A stretch of 64,000 nucleotides of DNA, from NCBI GenBank assembly GCA_951828235.1, contig OX639965.1:2458129-2522128 (forward strand), in the 5' to 3' direction. Origin of the DNA: an uncultured Gammaproteobacteria bacterium (GTDB taxonomy: Bacteria > Pseudomonadota > Gammaproteobacteria > Steroidobacterales > Foliamicaceae). A program made the position numbers and the translations under genes. The first letter of the stretch is position 1. Each line of letters begins with the position of its first letter. Shown piece after piece: positions 55,839 through 64,000 of the stretch. A model generated the notes under the pieces. The model did no database searches, was not told the DNA's origin, and worked only from the letters and a program-made list of their open reading frames with translations.

Positions 55839-56837
55839 ATGAAGATTCTCAAGCGTGTGCTGCTTTGGATGGCCGGCGGCCTTGCGGTCGTGGTGCTGGC
55901 TATCGCCGGACTGCTGACCTGGCTTACGGTTCGCGGCGAGCGCCAGATCGCCGAGCAGGAAATCGTCGACCGGCATGCCGAGGCGCCCGGCGAATTCCTG
56001 ACTGTGGACGGTCACGAGTACCACGTCATTGTGCGCGGTGACCCACATGCCGATTCCACCGGTGCGCCGATCCTGTTCGTTCACGGTTTCGGTCCCACCG
56101 GCAGCAACGTTATCCTGCCGCTGGCGAGCGAGCTGGCGGTGGGCCGTTCTGTCATCGTGCCGGACATGTTGGGCTTTGGGTACTCCGAGAAAGTAGCCGA
56201 ACCCGGCGCCCATTTCACGGTAAAAGGCCGGGCATCGGCGCTATTGGCCATGCTCGACGCCCTGGGGGTCGAGGAGTTCGACGTGGTGGGCCACTCCTAC
56301 GGCGGTTCGGTAAGCGGACGGCTGGCCCTGGCGGCCCCGGACCGCGTGCGCCGCGCGGTGTTTGTGTGTCCCTCGATTTATCCGCAGACGACGCCGGGAA
56401 ATTTCGTGGCGTATCTGCCCAGGCCCACGGCCCGGGTCGCTATCTGGGAATCGCTGGGCGGCGGGCCCGGCAGCTTTGCCGGCAGGGCCTGCGCGGCCGA
56501 TCCGGCAGCCTGCGACGCGCTTCGCATTGCGCAGGTCGATGGTACGGTCGATGCCCTGCTGGCGATCAACAACACGCCCAGGGGATACGCGCTTCCAGGT
56601 GAACTGCCGAACGTGCAGCCGCCTGCGCTGGTCATCTGGGGCGACGACGACGCCATCGTACCACCGGAATTCAGCGCCAGGGCGGCGGCGGCCATGGGCG
56701 CGGACACCTGGATAGTCCCCGGCGGCGGCCACTGGCCGTTTGCGGTCGATCCGCACGGCGTCACGGAGCGTATCCGAAGTTTCCTGGCCGCGGAGCCCTA
56801 TACCGAAGCCGCAGCGAGCGGTGACACGATGCCATAA
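55839..56837 (+). CDS. membrane-anchored alpha/beta hydrolase
   Basis: N-terminal TM segment. Motifs FVHGFGPTG and GHSYGG. Confidence 0.7.
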   Translation: MKILKRVLLWMAGGLAVVVLAIAGLLTWLTVRGERQIAEQEIVDRHAEAPGEFLTVDGHEYHVIVRGDPHADSTGAPILFVHGFGPTGSNVILPLASELAVGRSVIVPDMLGFGYSEKVAEPGAHFTVKGRASALLAMLDALGVEEFDVVGHSYGGSVSGRLALAAPDRVRRAVFVCPSIYPQTTPGNFVAYLPRPTARVAIWESLGGGPGSFAGRACAADPAACDALRIAQVDGTVDALLAINNTPRGYALPGELPNVQPPALVIWGDDDAIVPPEFSARAAAAMGADTWIVPGGGHWPFAVDPHGVTERIRSFLAAEPYTEAAASGDTMP

Positions 56838-56901
56838 TGGGCAGGGTGTTCGCATAGAACACTGTCATCGCGAAGTCTTGTCTGAGCCAGAAGGGGGGCT
56901 T

Positions 56902-59295
56902 ATGTCAAAACGCGCAATCGTAAGCGTGGCCGCGCTCTGTGCGACGATCGCCGGTTCTTCGATAGCCACCGCGCAGGAAGTCGCCATTGAGGAAATCATC
57001 GTGACCGCCCGCAAGCGGTCCGAGAGCCTGCAGGAAATTCCGCTGTCGGTCACGGCGCTGTCGATCGAATCCATCCGCCAGCGCAATATTCAGACCATCT
57101 ACGACATCGCGGCCAACACGCCGAACTACCACGAGCGCAAGCAATTGGGCCGGCGGCTGGATCACCCGATCATCCGGGGCCAGGCAGGCCCCACGGTGTT
57201 TGGTGAGCGCAACGCGTCGTACTTTATCGACGGCGTGTACGTTCCCGGCAGCATTACATCATCCACGTTTGCGGTAGTCGAGCGCGTGGAAGTGATCCGG
57301 GGGCCGCAGTCCGCGCTGTTCGGCCGCGCGACATTCTCGGGTGCGGTGAACATGATTACGCGGCGCGCATCGGACGAACACGAGGGCAGTTTCAGCAGCC
57401 GCCTGGGGTCGCACGAGGACTACCAGGCCGCGGCCTGGTTTTCCGGCTCGATCATCGAGAATCGGTTGTATTACATGGTTTCGGGAAACTGGGAGAACTA
57501 CGGCGGCGAGTGGAGCAACGGCCTGCTGGAGAACGAGGCACAGAACCCGCGACTGTTTCCCTCCCCATTCGCGCCGCGTATTTTCAGCAGCGCGCCGACG
57601 CGCGGGGACGACAGCCCGCTGGGCGGGGAGTCGTCCTGGGACGGCACGCTCAGGCTGACCTTCAGACCCAACGACGACCATGAGTTCAGCTTCAAGTACG
57701 CCTACCAGGGGAGCGAAGACGATCATTTCGCCGATCTCCTGATGCCGTACACCCAGCTGAATTGCCTCCGGCCCGGCGACCCGGACGCGGGCCCCCTGGC
57801 GCGCGGATACTATTGCGGCGAGTTGGATCCCGAAGGCCTGGTGCCCAAGATCAACATTCCGGACTTTGAAGACGGGGTCACGACCTTCTTCGGCACCGCC
57901 GAGCCCTCTCCCATAATCGGCAAGCGGCGTAACGTCATTCGCACCCTCCTGCAATACACCGGCAATTTCAACGGCTGGGAAATCATGGGCCGTTACGCGC
58001 GCAGCCGCGACCAGTCCGTGGATGCGCGCGATCTGGACCGCAGCCCCGCGCGACCCGTCTTCGGCCTGTTCACGGCCATTGAAGACAACCATGTTCGGGA
58101 CTGGTCGTTTGAGGCACGGGTAACCTCGCCAGCGGACCGGCCCCTGCGCTTTCTGGTTGGGACCTACTGGCTGGATGTTGAAGCCAAGGGCCGGGACCGG
58201 CGGTTTACCGGCCCCGGGTTCACGGGACATTTCTTTCACGACGACGGCAGCGACTTCGACGGCCGCGAAGTGCAGAACGCGGCGGTCTTCGGCCAATTGG
58301 AGTATGACTTAAGCGACGATCTGACTTTTTCCATTGAGGGCCGCTATTCACAGGACGAGAAAGCCGTGTTCAATTCCGGACTGATCGAGGCCGGCTTTGC
58401 GCAAGGGCTCGAGGAAGACACCAAGGCCTTTACGCCTCGCTTCACCCTGACCTATAAGGCGAATGACGACGCGACGGTTTATGGCCTGGCGGCGAAGGGC
58501 GACAAGCCGCTGGACTTCAACCAGGCGTTCTTCGACGACGACACGCCGGTAAGCACCATCGATGCGGCCATTGCCGACGGCCGGGCGATCATCAAGGAAG
58601 AGGAAGCCTGGACCTATGAAGTGGGCATCAAGTCCACCCTGATGGAGGGACGCCTTCTGTTCAATCTGTCCGGGTTCTTCATAGACTGGACCAATCAGTC
58701 CATCAATGGCCGGACGATAATCGATACGGTGAATGGCCCCGAACCCAATAACGTCGTTTTGACGGTTCCGGAGGCCGAAGTTTGGGGACTGGAGCTTGAG
58801 AGCAGCTGGGCGGCCAGCGAGAATCTCCTGCTCACGCTGGGCTACGGCCTGGTCGATCATGAGTTTGTCGACTTCTTCGATCTCGAAGCGGCGGACTTGT
58901 TCGGCAACGACGGCGACCTGTCCGGCAACACGACAGGCGGCACGCCGCAACACACGCTCAACGCATCGGGCACTTACAGGGATGAACTGACGGCAAACGC
59001 GGACTGGTTCTTGCGCACAATCGTCAACTACCACTCCAGCGTATTCACGTCGGCATTCAATCTGACGGAGACGGGCGCCCCATTGATCGTCAATGCCAAT
59101 GTCGGCATCGAGACCGAGAGCTGGAACCTGACCTTGTACGCCGACAATGTGCTGGACGACGATACGCCGATCAATATAGGCCGCTTTACGGATTTCTTCG
59201 GGCCGCTGCTCCCGAATCGCCAGAACGCGTACCAATTCGGGATAATCCCAAGGCGTGGAAGGGCTTTCGGCATGCGGTTCTATTACTCGTTTTGA
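56902..59295 (+). CDS. TonB-dependent outer-membrane receptor
   Basis: Signal peptide, then EEIIVTARKRSESLQEIPLSVTAL and VEVIRGPQSALFGRATFSGAVNMI. C-terminal ..RFYYSF. Confidence 0.85.
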   Translation: MSKRAIVSVAALCATIAGSSIATAQEVAIEEIIVTARKRSESLQEIPLSVTALSIESIRQRNIQTIYDIAANTPNYHERKQLGRRLDHPIIRGQAGPTVFGERNASYFIDGVYVPGSITSSTFAVVERVEVIRGPQSALFGRATFSGAVNMITRRASDEHEGSFSSRLGSHEDYQAAAWFSGSIIENRLYYMVSGNWENYGGEWSNGLLENEAQNPRLFPSPFAPRIFSSAPTRGDDSPLGGESSWDGTLRLTFRPNDDHEFSFKYAYQGSEDDHFADLLMPYTQLNCLRPGDPDAGPLARGYYCGELDPEGLVPKINIPDFEDGVTTFFGTAEPSPIIGKRRNVIRTLLQYTGNFNGWEIMGRYARSRDQSVDARDLDRSPARPVFGLFTAIEDNHVRDWSFEARVTSPADRPLRFLVGTYWLDVEAKGRDRRFTGPGFTGHFFHDDGSDFDGREVQNAAVFGQLEYDLSDDLTFSIEGRYSQDEKAVFNSGLIEAGFAQGLEEDTKAFTPRFTLTYKANDDATVYGLAAKGDKPLDFNQAFFDDDTPVSTIDAAIADGRAIIKEEEAWTYEVGIKSTLMEGRLLFNLSGFFIDWTNQSINGRTIIDTVNGPEPNNVVLTVPEAEVWGLELESSWAASENLLLTLGYGLVDHEFVDFFDLEAADLFGNDGDLSGNTTGGTPQHTLNASGTYRDELTANADWFLRTIVNYHSSVFTSAFNLTETGAPLIVNANVGIETESWNLTLYADNVLDDDTPINIGRFTDFFGPLLPNRQNAYQFGIIPRRGRAFGMRFYYSF

Positions 59296-59347
59296 AAAAT
59301 TGGTCTGATTTCTTGATCGCATCTACCGCCGCCGCCGGTAGCGGTGC

Positions 59348-60049
59348 ATGCATTCGTTGCGCGCTGCCGGCATGAAAGTACCTGTCGCACTGTTTGCCGC
59401 GGCGACCATCGCGTTGCTGACGCTGGGCTGGAATGCGGTCAGTTATCGCCTGTACGGCGGCCTGGACCCGGTTTATCTCCTGCTGAGCCTGTTCCTGATG
59501 ATCAACCTGCTGATCGCCTGGTGGGAATGCTGCCTTTACTGGCGTCGCGACTACATCGAAGAGCGCGCGCGCTATTGGCGCGAGCGGCGGGCGGAGACGG
59601 GCCTGACGCCGGCCGTCGAATTTCTGACATCCAGCGTGCCGTTGCGCCGCATCCTGTCGCCGACGGTCTGGGCGGACGTCTGGGCGACTTACTGCCAGTA
59701 CGACAGGTCGTACGCGGACCGGCGCACGTACGGCTTCAATGTCGATATCGGCAACGGTTTCTTCACGCCGATCGTCTCACTGGTCCTGCTGGGCGCAATG
59801 ACCTTCGAGTTTCTGCCCGCCGTGCTGACGGGCATTCTGGGCGTGGCGCTGTTCTGGCAGTGGTTCTACGTCAGTTCGCTCTACGTGGTGAGTTTCTATG
59901 TGGCCGGCCGGCAACGGCGGATCTCAAGCGCCGAAATCTGGATCTACGTGATCGGCCCCAATTCCGTGTGGGTCCTTTTCCCGCTGCTGGGCCTGTACGC
60001 CGCGGTCCGCCTGATACTCGACGGCAATTACGGCGTGCTCGGCCATTGA
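59348..60049 (+). CDS. EXPERA/EBP-like (emopamil-binding-protein-like) membrane protein
   Basis: WATYCQYDRSYADRRTYGFNVDIGNGFFTPI resembles the EBP block WKEYAKGDSRY...ME..T...GPL. Four or five TM segments. Confidence 0.4.
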   Translation: MHSLRAAGMKVPVALFAAATIALLTLGWNAVSYRLYGGLDPVYLLLSLFLMINLLIAWWECCLYWRRDYIEERARYWRERRAETGLTPAVEFLTSSVPLRRILSPTVWADVWATYCQYDRSYADRRTYGFNVDIGNGFFTPIVSLVLLGAMTFEFLPAVLTGILGVALFWQWFYVSSLYVVSFYVAGRQRRISSAEIWIYVIGPNSVWVLFPLLGLYAAVRLILDGNYGVLGH

Positions 60050-60103
60050 TGCGTGTGTGACGGGCTCGCGATCGTGTCCGCCCACTAGGTCGCGGGACGG
60101 GTG

Positions 60104-60448
60104 CTAAAGCAGCTCCAGGACCCGTTCGGGAGGCCTGCCGATCACGGCCTTCCCGCCCGTGATGAAAATGGGCCTTTCGATGAGAATGGGATTCTCGGCC
60201 AGGGCCCGGATCCGGTCGTCGTCGGAAACATCGGCGCCTTTGAGTCCGAGCTCGCGGTACCTGGCTTCGCCGCGGCGCATAAGTTCAAGCGGCGTCATGC
60301 CCAGTTTGTCCAGCAGCTCGCGCAGCGCGGCCTCGTCGGGCGGCGTTTCGAGATAGCGCACCACGTCAGGCGCGACGTTGCGCTCCCTGAGGAGCGCGAG
60401 TGCGGCGCGTGACTTGGAGCAGCGTGGGTTGTGGTAGAGAACGGCCAT
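60104..60448 (-). CDS. arsC: ArsC-family (glutaredoxin-type arsenate reductase/Spx-like) protein
   Basis: MAVLYHNPRCSKSRAAL...ENPILIERPI. Confidence 0.8.
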   Translation of the reverse strand: MAVLYHNPRCSKSRAALALLRERNVAPDVVRYLETPPDEAALRELLDKLGMTPLELMRRGEARYRELGLKGADVSDDDRIRALAENPILIERPIFITGGKAVIGRPPERVLELL

Positions 60449-60547
60449 GGATTAATCGGTTCGCTGGTTTCGACGCGGGCCCAATAGTATGCGATGCTTC
60501 GCGCGGCGCATTGTAGACTTTCCCATCCAGAGGAGGGCCTGGAGTTC

Positions 60548-61594
60548 ATGCGGCACTTGAATCGGCGTCCGGACGCTGCCCAGTGCAGAGCGGTTGCAGG
60601 CCCGGTCGCGACGCTGCTGGCTCTGATCGCTGCGGCATGCTGGCCGGCGACCGCGCACACGGAAGGCGCGCCGGAGGCATACAAGACGGAATCGGGGCCG
60701 TACAGCGTCCAGGTGATCGACAACCATGTGCTGCCGTCGGAGGCCGACCAGAGAAGCCTGCGAGCGCGTATCGTGTTTCCGGAAGGGGAGGGGTCCTTTC
60801 CGCTTGTGGTGTTCTCGCACGGTTTCGCCTGCTACCGGGAGAGCTATTCCGGATTGACCGATCACTGGGCCTCGCACGGCTACGTGGTTGTGCAGCCGGA
60901 GCATCCCGACTGTCCGACGTCTCCGGTCAGGCTCAGGCCACAGGACGCCACCGGGCTGCACTACATCCGGATATCCGACGTCGAACGGGTGCTTGACGCG
61001 CTGTTTGCGCCCGGCGAGGAAATACCGGGACTGACCGGCAACATCGACTACGGCCGAAAGGTGATGGCAGGCCATTCCTTCGGCGGCATGATCGCGCAGA
61101 TCATCTGGGGTCTGCCGCTCAAGGACCCGGAAGGTTCCGGGAACGTGAGCTACGCGCTGGACTTCGATGCGGCCATCATCATGAGCGGCCCGGGTCCGAT
61201 GCCGCAGATGGCCGACGGCGCCTTCACGCAGTTGCGGGGACCGATGATGGTCAGCGGCGGCACCCGGGATACCCGCAACGCAGGCGACGGTGTCATCTAC
61301 CCCTGGGAGTGGCGCCTGCAGGCATACGAACACAGCCCACCGGGCAACAAGTACTCCGTGGTGCTTGAGGAAGGCGATCATTACCTGGGCGGGCTCATCT
61401 GCCGCGACGACCGGGGCGGCCCGCAAAATCGCGGCGGCGCGCCTGATATCGAGGGCCAGACGATCCTGGCCGGCGTTTCTACTGCGTTCCTGGACGCCTG
61501 GCTGAACGACGACGCGGCGGCCAGGGGTTTCCTCGAGGAACTCGACCGGCATGCCGGAATAACCGGCGGACGCGCCCGGTTCGCCCGGAAATAA
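60548..61594 (+). CDS. secreted alpha/beta hydrolase (dienelactone/PAF-acetylhydrolase-like)
   Basis: GAGGAGG RBS followed by a signal peptide. Motifs LVVFSHGFACYRESY and GHSFGG. Confidence 0.6.
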   Translation: MRHLNRRPDAAQCRAVAGPVATLLALIAAACWPATAHTEGAPEAYKTESGPYSVQVIDNHVLPSEADQRSLRARIVFPEGEGSFPLVVFSHGFACYRESYSGLTDHWASHGYVVVQPEHPDCPTSPVRLRPQDATGLHYIRISDVERVLDALFAPGEEIPGLTGNIDYGRKVMAGHSFGGMIAQIIWGLPLKDPEGSGNVSYALDFDAAIIMSGPGPMPQMADGAFTQLRGPMMVSGGTRDTRNAGDGVIYPWEWRLQAYEHSPPGNKYSVVLEEGDHYLGGLICRDDRGGPQNRGGAPDIEGQTILAGVSTAFLDAWLNDDAAARGFLEELDRHAGITGGRARFARK

Positions 61595-61616
61595 TCACGA
61601 CCGAGGACAAAGCAAT

Positions 61617-62660
61617 ATGAAGATCTCCGTTTTCAAGCGATTCATCCTGCCGATTGTCGCGCTCTCCGCGACTGGATGGGCCAGTGGGTCCGAGCACCTG
61701 GGAGTTGCCGTTAACGGCGAAAGGCTCGCCGTGATCGACATGCACCTGCATACCGGAACCTGGGCCGGGACGCCGCCCCGCTTCAGGAAGCGCCTCACGG
61801 ACCGCGTGCCGACCGGCCTTAAATGGACCATGGGGGTCTTCATGAACAACCGTCTTGACGGCGAGAGCATTCTCAGCACGCTGGACGACGCCGGCATCAG
61901 CGCCGGAGCGGTATTTGCGCTGTGGAGTCCGGCCACCACCGGCATTGCCACAAACGACCACGTAGCCGAACAGGTCGCGGTGGATCCCGACCGCCTGTTC
62001 GGTTTTGCGAGCCTGCGGGTCGACCACTGGAATCTGGACGGGCCGGAGCAACTGCGCCAGATGGAAGAGGCGATCGAGAAGCACGGCATGGTCGGCATCA
62101 AGCTCGCGCATGGGCACCAGCAGGTTCGCCTGGATGACGAGCGGTTATACGGGGTCTACGAGATCGCGGCGCGGCAGGGCACACCCATTTACCTGCACAC
62201 CGGCACCAGCCCGAATCCGGGCACGCGGACGGAACCGGCGTATTGCGATCCCGCCTACCTGGAGGACGCCATACAGCGGTATCCCGCCGCGATTTTCATA
62301 CTCGGTCACTCCGGCTACGACAGTTTCAACCGGGCGCTGACCCATACCGACTCGGCGATCGACCTCGCTCGGCGATATTCGAACGTGTACCTGGAACCCG
62401 GGGCGCTGGGCGCCGAGCGAGCTGAGCATGTTCTGCACGACTATCTGGAGCGCATCAGGGCGGGCGGCGTGATCGAGAAGTTGCTGTACGGGTCCGATGG
62501 GCCGCAGCTGCCCGGCTACGTGCAGTCACACCTTGAGGCCTTCGTTGCGGGAATGAAGGAGGTCGGTTACACGACGGAGGAGATGCGTCTGATCCTCGCC
62601 GACAATTTCACGCGGGTCTTCGGTATGCCGAAGATCGTGCTGGAGGACCACGAATCATGA
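61617..62660 (+). CDS. secreted amidohydrolase-family protein
   Basis: Signal peptide. VIDMHLHTG (HxH) and later ILGHSGYD, YGSDGP. Confidence 0.65.
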   Translation: MKISVFKRFILPIVALSATGWASGSEHLGVAVNGERLAVIDMHLHTGTWAGTPPRFRKRLTDRVPTGLKWTMGVFMNNRLDGESILSTLDDAGISAGAVFALWSPATTGIATNDHVAEQVAVDPDRLFGFASLRVDHWNLDGPEQLRQMEEAIEKHGMVGIKLAHGHQQVRLDDERLYGVYEIAARQGTPIYLHTGTSPNPGTRTEPAYCDPAYLEDAIQRYPAAIFILGHSGYDSFNRALTHTDSAIDLARRYSNVYLEPGALGAERAEHVLHDYLERIRAGGVIEKLLYGSDGPQLPGYVQSHLEAFVAGMKEVGYTTEEMRLILADNFTRVFGMPKIVLEDHES

Positions 62661-63229
62661 GCAGTCAGCCAACCGTCAAGGCCAGGGGATCCTCGATTTT
62701 CTCCTTACTTACGATACGCGCCGCTCGCACGACGGCGCCGGTTCTGATTGCCGGGCTGTGTTTCGGCTGCGCCGGCGAAGAGCCGCCGGCGCCTCCGATT
62801 CCGGTGGACCTGACGGTCGAGATCGCCGCTGCCGGGGACATCGACCCGGCGGCGAGCGTGCGCCTGTCCGTTTATCATGCATGGACCGGCACCGGGGACC
62901 TGCGCTATCCACTGGAAATCGTCGAAGGATTCGAGACGGTTCTCGGGACGTCGAGTTTCAGCTTCGACTACCCGGTCGAAGGAGGTGAGGGCCTGGTCGT
63001 GTATGCATGGGTCGATGCCGACGGCGACGGAGCCAACTGCACCCCCACGGTCCGTGGCGACCTGGCCGACCTGGTTGAGATTGAAGATTTTCCGTCGGAA
63101 ACGGTCTCCGCGTCATTGTTGCTGGAGACTCCTTGCGTGGGACCCGACTGGTTCTTCCCGGGACCGGAGCCCGCAGGGGCGGAGTTCGCAAGTCCCGAAC
63201 CTGCACGGCCCGAACTTCCAGCGCCATAG
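62657..63229 (+). CDS. hypothetical lipoprotein
   Basis: Leader ..VLIAGLCFGCAG. Start overlaps the upstream stop. Confidence 0.4.
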   Translation: MSSQPTVKARGSSIFSLLTIRAARTTAPVLIAGLCFGCAGEEPPAPPIPVDLTVEIAAAGDIDPAASVRLSVYHAWTGTGDLRYPLEIVEGFETVLGTSSFSFDYPVEGGEGLVVYAWVDADGDGANCTPTVRGDLADLVEIEDFPSETVSASLLLETPCVGPDWFFPGPEPAGAEFASPEPARPELPAP

Positions 63230-63274
63230 GATCTCCCGGCGCCTCTAGCCGCCCCCAGATCCAACTGCACGTGG

Positions 63275-63780
63275 CTATTCGGCGGCGCGAGGCGCCAGGT
63301 TCCTCAACCCGCCAACTGTGAAGTAAAGCCGGAGAGCATCCAGAACAAGGTGTTCCCACAGCAGGCCGCGGTCATCCTCGCGAATTCGGCTCCAGCCCTT
63401 TGCGTAGGTTACGAAGCCGGTGTCGAATGCGTAAAACTTGGGGCGGCTTACGATTTCGCCGCTTCCGCCTCCGCGCAAGGGTCACAGAATGTGCACCGCG
63501 TGAGCCACTTCCAGGGCTTCCAGGTAAGACTTGACGGTAGGCCGGCTCAGTTCGGCAAGTGTCGCCAGCCGGTTGTAGTCAATCTGCCCACCGCCGCCCA
63601 GTCCGGCGGCATCGCCAGCCCCGCCAGCAGGACCGCGGCGGCGGTGCTGGTGTAGAACGACCCGTCATAGCGAGCGTTCTGCAGCAGGCCGTGATAAAGC
63701 GGTCCGGCGTGGTCCAGCTGCAACCCCCGGATGCGCGGCGCGCAGTCAAGCTCGCTGGCGAGCCATGGTGGCTCGCCCTG
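63275..63780 (-). pseudogene. decayed C-terminal part of a COG1373/DUF4143 ATPase gene
   Basis: ..QIDYNRLATLAELSRPTVKSYLEALEVAHAVHIL, then an in-frame TGA, then PLRGGGSGEIVSRPKFYAFDTGFVTYA... The frame is also broken upstream. Confidence 0.5.
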
Positions 63781-63791
63781 TAACGGGGTTG

Positions 63792-64000
63792 TCAGTCGTC
63801 CGTTGAGACGGCGGGGTGCGGGGTATCCACGCGCACGGTGATGATGTCGGTGTCGTGGTATTGCTGGTGGCGGACGGAGGACGACAGGCCTTGCAGAAGG
63901 CGCAGCGACAACTGCTGCTCCGGGGCCGCTCCGGAGGTCTGTTCCGCCAGGTGGGCGATGCGGTCCTCCACGTTGCCGTCGCCGTAGGCGGCGATGAACT
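63792..64000 (-). CDS. 3' end of an unidentified gene (partial)
   Basis: Open frame to the window edge, ending ..LRLLQGLSSSVRHQQYHDTDIITVRVDTPHPAVSTDD stop. No motif recognised. Confidence 0.3.
   Translation of the reverse strand, partial: FIAAYGDGNVEDRIAHLAEQTSGAAPEQQLSLRLLQGLSSSVRHQQYHDTDIITVRVDTPHPAVSTDD

Noticed and set aside
1-64000. CRISPR arrays, rRNA genes and tRNA genes.
   Set aside because: I found no regularly spaced direct repeats and no cloverleaf-like genes other than the two tmRNA genes.

Overview
GC-rich proteobacterial (gammaproteobacterium-like) chromosomal segment. The outer parts are ordinary. 0-34.7 kb holds TonB-dependent receptor genes, a five-gene Opp/Dpp-type peptide ABC operon preceded by two tandem amidohydrolase paralogs, dnaX-recR, rsgA/orn, prc, an MscS-family channel gene and a CDF transporter gene. 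52.5-63.3 kb holds a sulfatase/FGE pair, a second TonB-dependent receptor gene, several hydrolase genes and arsC. The centre is accessory DNA anchored on ssrA (tmRNA). A canonical ssrA lies at 34823-35175. Its last 14 nt recur at 45288-45301. Between these repeats lie a hicBA toxin-antitoxin cassette, a second full-length but ~10% diverged ssrA copy, and a pair of ~98-bp direct repeats. The same interval holds an IS21-family element with a 5-bp target duplication. Its istA gene is split at the catalytic KGKVE motif by a nested ~3.4-kb element carrying a large serine recombinase. An AT-richer cargo block (42.3-45.1 kb) encodes orphan proteins. No tyrosine integrase is present. From 45.3 to 52.2 kb there is a Rieske oxygenase/SDR/hydrolase/MFS cluster that ends at higBA next to a truncated TRAP binding-protein gene. 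The items I consider most worth follow-up are the duplicated tmRNA with its repeat architecture, the recombinase element nested inside an IS transposase gene, the orphan AT-rich cargo, a Tat-exported nitrilase-superfamily protein lacking the catalytic Cys, and two sterol-enzyme-like membrane proteins (ERG4/ERG24-like and EBP-like). All functional calls come from motif reading by eye. No database search was run.
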